DNA of 50,107 bases from Candidatus Poseidoniaceae archaeon (GTDB lineage: Archaea; Thermoplasmatota; Poseidoniia; Poseidoniales; Poseidoniaceae). Positions within the stretch are counted from its first letter, which is position 1, and every line of letters begins with the position of its first letter. Below, piece by piece: positions 46,901-50,107 of this stretch. Location of the stretch: positions 1 to 50,107 of the forward strand of contig JANXHP010000021.1 in the NCBI GenBank assembly GCA_024958795.1, in the 5' to 3' direction. The translations under genes and the position numbers were made by a program. The notes under the pieces were generated by a model. The model worked only from the letters and a program-made list of their open reading frames with translations, was not told where the DNA came from and did not search any database.

Positions 46901-48571
46901 CAAAGCACCTTGGGGAGCTGGTCGCTGGGCTATTTCCTCAAGGTACTCTCTAACCATCGCTGCAGCTCCTGCTGCATTTGGAGTCGCCATAGAAGTACCT
47001 GTATACTCAAGATACCAATTATTTGACCAAGTTGAACCTGAAGTATCGGTCGCTTCTTGCGCGCGGCACGAGCGAACATATCCACCTGGCGCTATGACAT
47101 CCGGTTTTATTCTGCCATCATCTGTAGGCCCTCGGCTTGAACCACTCATCAAAGTGTCAGGTGCGCCTGAATAGCGATTTTGGTGATTACCGACTGAAAG
47201 AATGTTTTTTGCAGTAGCAGGAGGTGAAACTGTTCCAGTCCCTGGCCCATCATTTCCAGCCGCAAATAGAATTGTTAATCCGTCTCTACCATTGTAATAC
47301 CTGTCATAATAATTTGCCCTATCATCAACATCCTCTGCTTCAGAATCATATTTTCCTTGTTGACTTGCATCACTTGAACCCCATGAATTAGTATGGGTTC
47401 GCGCTCCTGAACTATATGCTGAATTCATCAAATAATTTAGAGAAGGTGATTGGAAATTACCGGTATTGTCATTCTCCATTGCTTGGAAATACAATTCCGC
47501 TGAAGGTGCAACTCCTGCATATCCACCTTTGCTACCATCTCCTAAAACCGTACATGAAACATGAGTTCCATGGCCAGAATGTTTGTCTGCGGTAGAACCG
47601 TCTCCAATTACATCATTACTACTAATCAATCTTGTACCGAAATCACCATGATCATCGTCCAAACCAGAATCTGCAACTGCAATAATCTGACCCGAACCAT
47701 CTAAATCCGTTGTAAAGTATGATTTCATCACTGTTGTCTTCATATGACTTCGAGCGTTATCATTATCAATGGAAAATTGCGGATTAAAACGGAAGGAACG
47801 AACACTTGGTTGTAGTATGATTTCTGCTATTTGTTCACTATTCAATTGTCCTTGATAACGCCCTTCATCCCACTTTATTATTTCAGATAGCCCAACTTTG
47901 GAAACTTCTTCAAGTGACTGGGAAATAGTAAATCCTTGTTCATCAATTAGTTCTACTGAATCAACAGGACCGAAATCATCCCTCCATCCTTCAAGTCTCA
48001 TCGTTTGCCCCTGTAGAGCAATATTTCCATCTGTTAACATCATAATATCCAATATTGCGCCATCAATTAACAATGCTAATGGTACTTGATGAGTTGCTAC
48101 AACTCCTTGTATGCTACTCGCTTGTTGAATTGAATTTGTGGTAGCTTGAATGATTAAACCGGAAGGTGCAATGAATTCTCTTATCATCAATCCTTGAATA
48201 TCATTCAATTGTTGTCTTGCTTGTTCCATCCTTATCGAATCATCTACAATCAATAAGGCAAGGTCTGGCCGCGCTTGCATCAATTCCATTGGAATTGGCC
48301 TAGATGCAGTAAACCCAAATTGGTCAAAATCACCAATCCGTGATGACGCGATACTCGGCCTTATTTCTAAAGAATAAGTATCATCATATTCACCAACTGC
48401 ATCGGAATAAACTCCGTCAACTAAATCAAATCTAACCCACTCGGTTTGATTCTCATCCAATTGAGATGCATCATTATTTTCACCCGTAGGGTGAAGTATT
48501 GGACTTAGGCTTTGTAATACGAATATCACAACTAAGCACAACGCCATCCTCAGTGAACTACTGGTTTGCAC
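43964..48571 (-). CDS. Membrane-anchored S8 subtilisin-like serine protease with CARDB/Ig repeats and C-terminal Cys/His finger
   Basis: Triad VADSG, HGTH, GTSMATP; oxyanion AAGNDG; KP-43-like SSRGPTDDGRIKPD and GWGR; CARDB; TM; Cys-rich tail. GTG start at 48571 inferred from promoter spacing. Confidence 0.92.
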   Translation of the reverse strand: MQTSSSLRMALCLVVIFVLQSLSPILHPTGENNDASQLDENQTEWVRFDLVDGVYSDAVGEYDDTYSLEIRPSIASSRIGDFDQFGFTASRPIPMELMQARPDLALLIVDDSIRMEQARQQLNDIQGLMIREFIAPSGLIIQATTNSIQQASSIQGVVATHQVPLALLIDGAILDIMMLTDGNIALQGQTMRLEGWRDDFGPVDSVELIDEQGFTISQSLEEVSKVGLSEIIKWDEGRYQGQLNSEQIAEIILQPSVRSFRFNPQFSIDNDNARSHMKTTVMKSYFTTDLDGSGQIIAVADSGLDDDHGDFGTRLISSNDVIGDGSTADKHSGHGTHVSCTVLGDGSKGGYAGVAPSAELYFQAMENDNTGNFQSPSLNYLMNSAYSSGARTHTNSWGSSDASQQGKYDSEAEDVDDRANYYDRYYNGRDGLTILFAAGNDGPGTGTVSPPATAKNILSVGNHQNRYSGAPDTLMSGSSRGPTDDGRIKPDVIAPGGYVRSCRAQEATDTSGSTWSNNWYLEYTGTSMATPNAAGAAAMVREYLEEIAQRPAPQGALVKALLVLGAQDIGTRDIPNDDEGWGRINLRETLAPQSGQGIWVDDRSVLSGTGNSKSYSFNLTQNNGKFKVVLAWSDERGSTFSNKKLVNNLDLIVTSPDGTIYKGNDFANGRSTTGGSADDTNNMEVVLLDNAMSGVWTVKAKNTYQGGSSAQTYSIAVMGHGVNDLRPDPMVMVNDFSMDVSIPQVGDPVHIETKVFNAGNVKAESFDVVFSVDSTEITRKNIDLGAGSTKSMFWTWTPATAGQSTLSFTIDPDENLEEIPENNNQHNIIVNVTAPGVKLSSETQITTLDNTQSSATSWNVSLTNTALIATNASLLVDSLIHVENNVAISWYVGTTQSNHSLAGQESAEITVTLVHPTPPDPGTYRISLIGIDVDNGVTYPYALDLVVPSLSKVNLEYDYQIVPVHPVNTTSMDIRFFNIGNDNIGYDLFLEAPAGWQAGFDDLGSEPGAISGSTGLIAQDGQKNIGITFTPPQVMTGAGAERMVKLTAVSQTENPVSYVYNIPIKVMEIREIDIDLQNNFGKLRPDSSLSLMFSIQHSGNIDLGLTPSIELPSGWQWASSTDVIQLPWATTSNIIVVVNSQGLGKSGEVKFNLDNGSDRYSWTGYIDVEILAQPTLDFTTLQFADGTTYEHPLGPGSHPSGESLNFTWLVGNNADVDWEPSLSLLLDPGLFGECQSVGVVGYLEFKLLQCSILISGNMAPASEPTFTVTLEGNGVEYIEQISLYVASVESAIWDVSRTEEFKTGITETVSIEITNSGNVAWSYKINANASKDWFSEVTGNDIISLEAGQSKIVRINVRADRPGDGTITLQFEESHLLSNPSVSFDVNAEGEPTGTSSESFINNGVAIIIILVLLSLIGVVLYRNNLTTSEKELQPINNLTSPLTNQIAASIAAPLSQSFIPPKIIQPLPTNEVEQQNSTEPMVMCWICKSPVSEDILGCPSCGARYHGTARDDCDISKLELCNNCQAPANKFIKE

Positions 48572-48645
48572 AAGTTGAGGGCTAACCTGCCCCGTTTTAT
48601 CGCTTCGGGTGCATTGATTGTATAGAACATCAATACAATAGTGGT

Positions 48646-49326
48646 TCAAGAGTTAGGCCAAGTAGTTTTATCGCCTTCATCGATAAAAATCTCACTCGAC
48701 CAATGTCCAACTGAGTGATACCAATCTTGACGGTTATCATTTCCATTAAAATCAGTCCATTCTAAATGCGTATGAACTACATAATTATCCCATACAGTAT
48801 AACCAGAAACTAGCATTTCTAATTCATCCCCTGCAATCGAAGAATGTGCTGAAACTTTGTCTATTTCAACTCTCATATTATCAAGTACCAAACCATCTAC
48901 ATCTTGGAATTCTACATGGATCACAACATCAGTAATTTCTCTACTTCCGTCGTTAGATAACTCAGACATCATTAAATGTCCACCGCGTTGCATATAATGT
49001 GTTTCAAGCACAACTGAATCTCTTGGTAGAACCCAATACCATCCACTGAGAACGACACCTATCATCAAGAGGATAACAACACCTGCTAATACAACTTGAT
49101 AAGGGTCGACTTCAGACACTTTTTCGCGAAGTAATTTTGCTGCCTCTTGGGCTCGTTCCCAATCCTCTCTTTCTTCTTCATTATCGCTATCAAATGCGCC
49201 TAATTCCGCTTGTTTATCCATACTTCTAGCCATCAATCCGCCGACTTCTTTAATATCGTCTTCATGAACTAATAGTTCACCATCTCGACCTTTTGCGATT
49301 GTCTTTGATTCAGAATTATCTACCAT
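48646..49326 (-). CDS. Hypothetical single-pass membrane protein
   Basis: Acidic N-terminus, one TM (VVLAGVVILLMIGVVLSGWYWVL), beta-rich C-terminal domain. Confidence 0.75.
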   Translation of the reverse strand: MVDNSESKTIAKGRDGELLVHEDDIKEVGGLMARSMDKQAELGAFDSDNEEEREDWERAQEAAKLLREKVSEVDPYQVVLAGVVILLMIGVVLSGWYWVLPRDSVVLETHYMQRGGHLMMSELSNDGSREITDVVIHVEFQDVDGLVLDNMRVEIDKVSAHSSIAGDELEMLVSGYTVWDNYVVHTHLEWTDFNGNDNRQDWYHSVGHWSSEIFIDEGDKTTWPNS

Positions 49327-49330
49327 TTAA

Positions 49331-50107
49331 TCACCCCAGTAGCATTATGCCTGATGCAAGCATCGTAGTCAATGGCTCAACGACCATGATATGTCTTGTT
49401 TCAACAGCACCACCAGTCAATGTTCCAATCAATGAAAGGTCAGTCACTATTCCATTGACTCCCAATGAAGATGCAGTCGGAATTACTCCAGTGAATTGTG
49501 CATCAAGAAGTACTGCTCTACCATCTAATACAATACCATCCAATGACGGATAGTAAAATCCTGGCTCTATTGTAGCCTCTGCGCTTACTATTATTCTGCC
49601 ATTGGTAATGTCGTCTAAGACAATAATTGGATATTTTAGTGGCCCTTCATAAATATGAATCGTTGCAGATTTCAAATCTTGTCCTACAATTTCAATCCGA
49701 TCAATTGTTACTCCCGGAGCACTAGGAACATCAGTTTGCTGAATGTATACCCGTTTGACACCAACACCGGATGATTCAACCCGCATACCCCAATCTTCGG
49801 TTGGTTCAAGAACGAATCGCCCCGGTAAATCCTCAGCCAACATCAAGATATCTCCTTTGGAGTCTATTGCTCTTCCACTGGCTTCTAGATACAAATCCAT
49901 ATCATCTGTATTGGATGAATAATCCAAACTCATCATTCCTTGGAATGAGCTCATTTCGCGTATGTCAAACACAAGTTGTGGTTGCGCTTTTAACTGCATT
50001 ACTGCAGGTAAATCTCTCATGAAAACAGTGGCTGGCCACCAAAATCCATCAATATATCTCATAGATTGCAGCATTATAGCATCTGCTGAATGTTCACCAT
50101 TACGATA
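49331..50107 (-). CDS. Hypothetical protein, C-terminal part (5' end outside the window)
   Basis: The frame of ORF 49331-50074 stays open to the window edge (YRNGEHSADAIMLQ...). Confidence 0.75.
   Translation of the reverse strand, partial: YRNGEHSADAIMLQSMRYIDGFWWPATVFMRDLPAVMQLKAQPQLVFDIREMSSFQGMMSLDYSSNTDDMDLYLEASGRAIDSKGDILMLAEDLPGRFVLEPTEDWGMRVESSGVGVKRVYIQQTDVPSAPGVTIDRIEIVGQDLKSATIHIYEGPLKYPIIVLDDITNGRIIVSAEATIEPGFYYPSLDGIVLDGRAVLLDAQFTGVIPTASSLGVNGIVTDLSLIGTLTGGAVETRHIMVVEPLTTMLASGIMLLG

Overview
Gene-dense, AT-rich archaeal chromosomal segment. Gene content and style (Taw1, aIF1A-Rio1-Dim2, archaeal uS2, a complex I-like operon without the NADH module, large CARDB/Ig-like surface proteins and an S8 protease) point to Marine Group II Euryarchaeota (Ca. 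Poseidoniales, Thermoplasmatota); this placement is an inference. Contents in order: FtsX/LolD-type ABC exporter; AbrB-PhoU regulator divergent from a PiT-DUF47 fusion; taw1; GST; gmd; two GT4 glycosyltransferases; a translationally coupled ThiF(E1)-JAB-small protein operon; an HADH-ECH fusion; a PUA-like orphan; three tandem wHTH regulators; dus; rps2; a solo Cas4-like nuclease with four inserted transmembrane helices; a box C/D sRNA; two surface proteins; dim2/rio1/aIF1A; nuoABCDHI-J1-J2-KLMN; a large Ig-like surface protein; and a membrane-anchored subtilase with a RING/PHD-like tail. No CRISPR array, tRNA, rRNA or mobile element was seen. Best leads: (1) the E1-JAB-helical protein operon with no ubiquitin-like gene, (2) the membrane-embedded Cas4, (3) a C/D guide RNA whose D-guide fits C34 of intron-containing pre-tRNA-Met, (4) a structured leader plus an unannotated 35-aa ORF, (5) a Tudor-like insert in NuoI and a long acidic, eukaryote-like tail on aIF1A.
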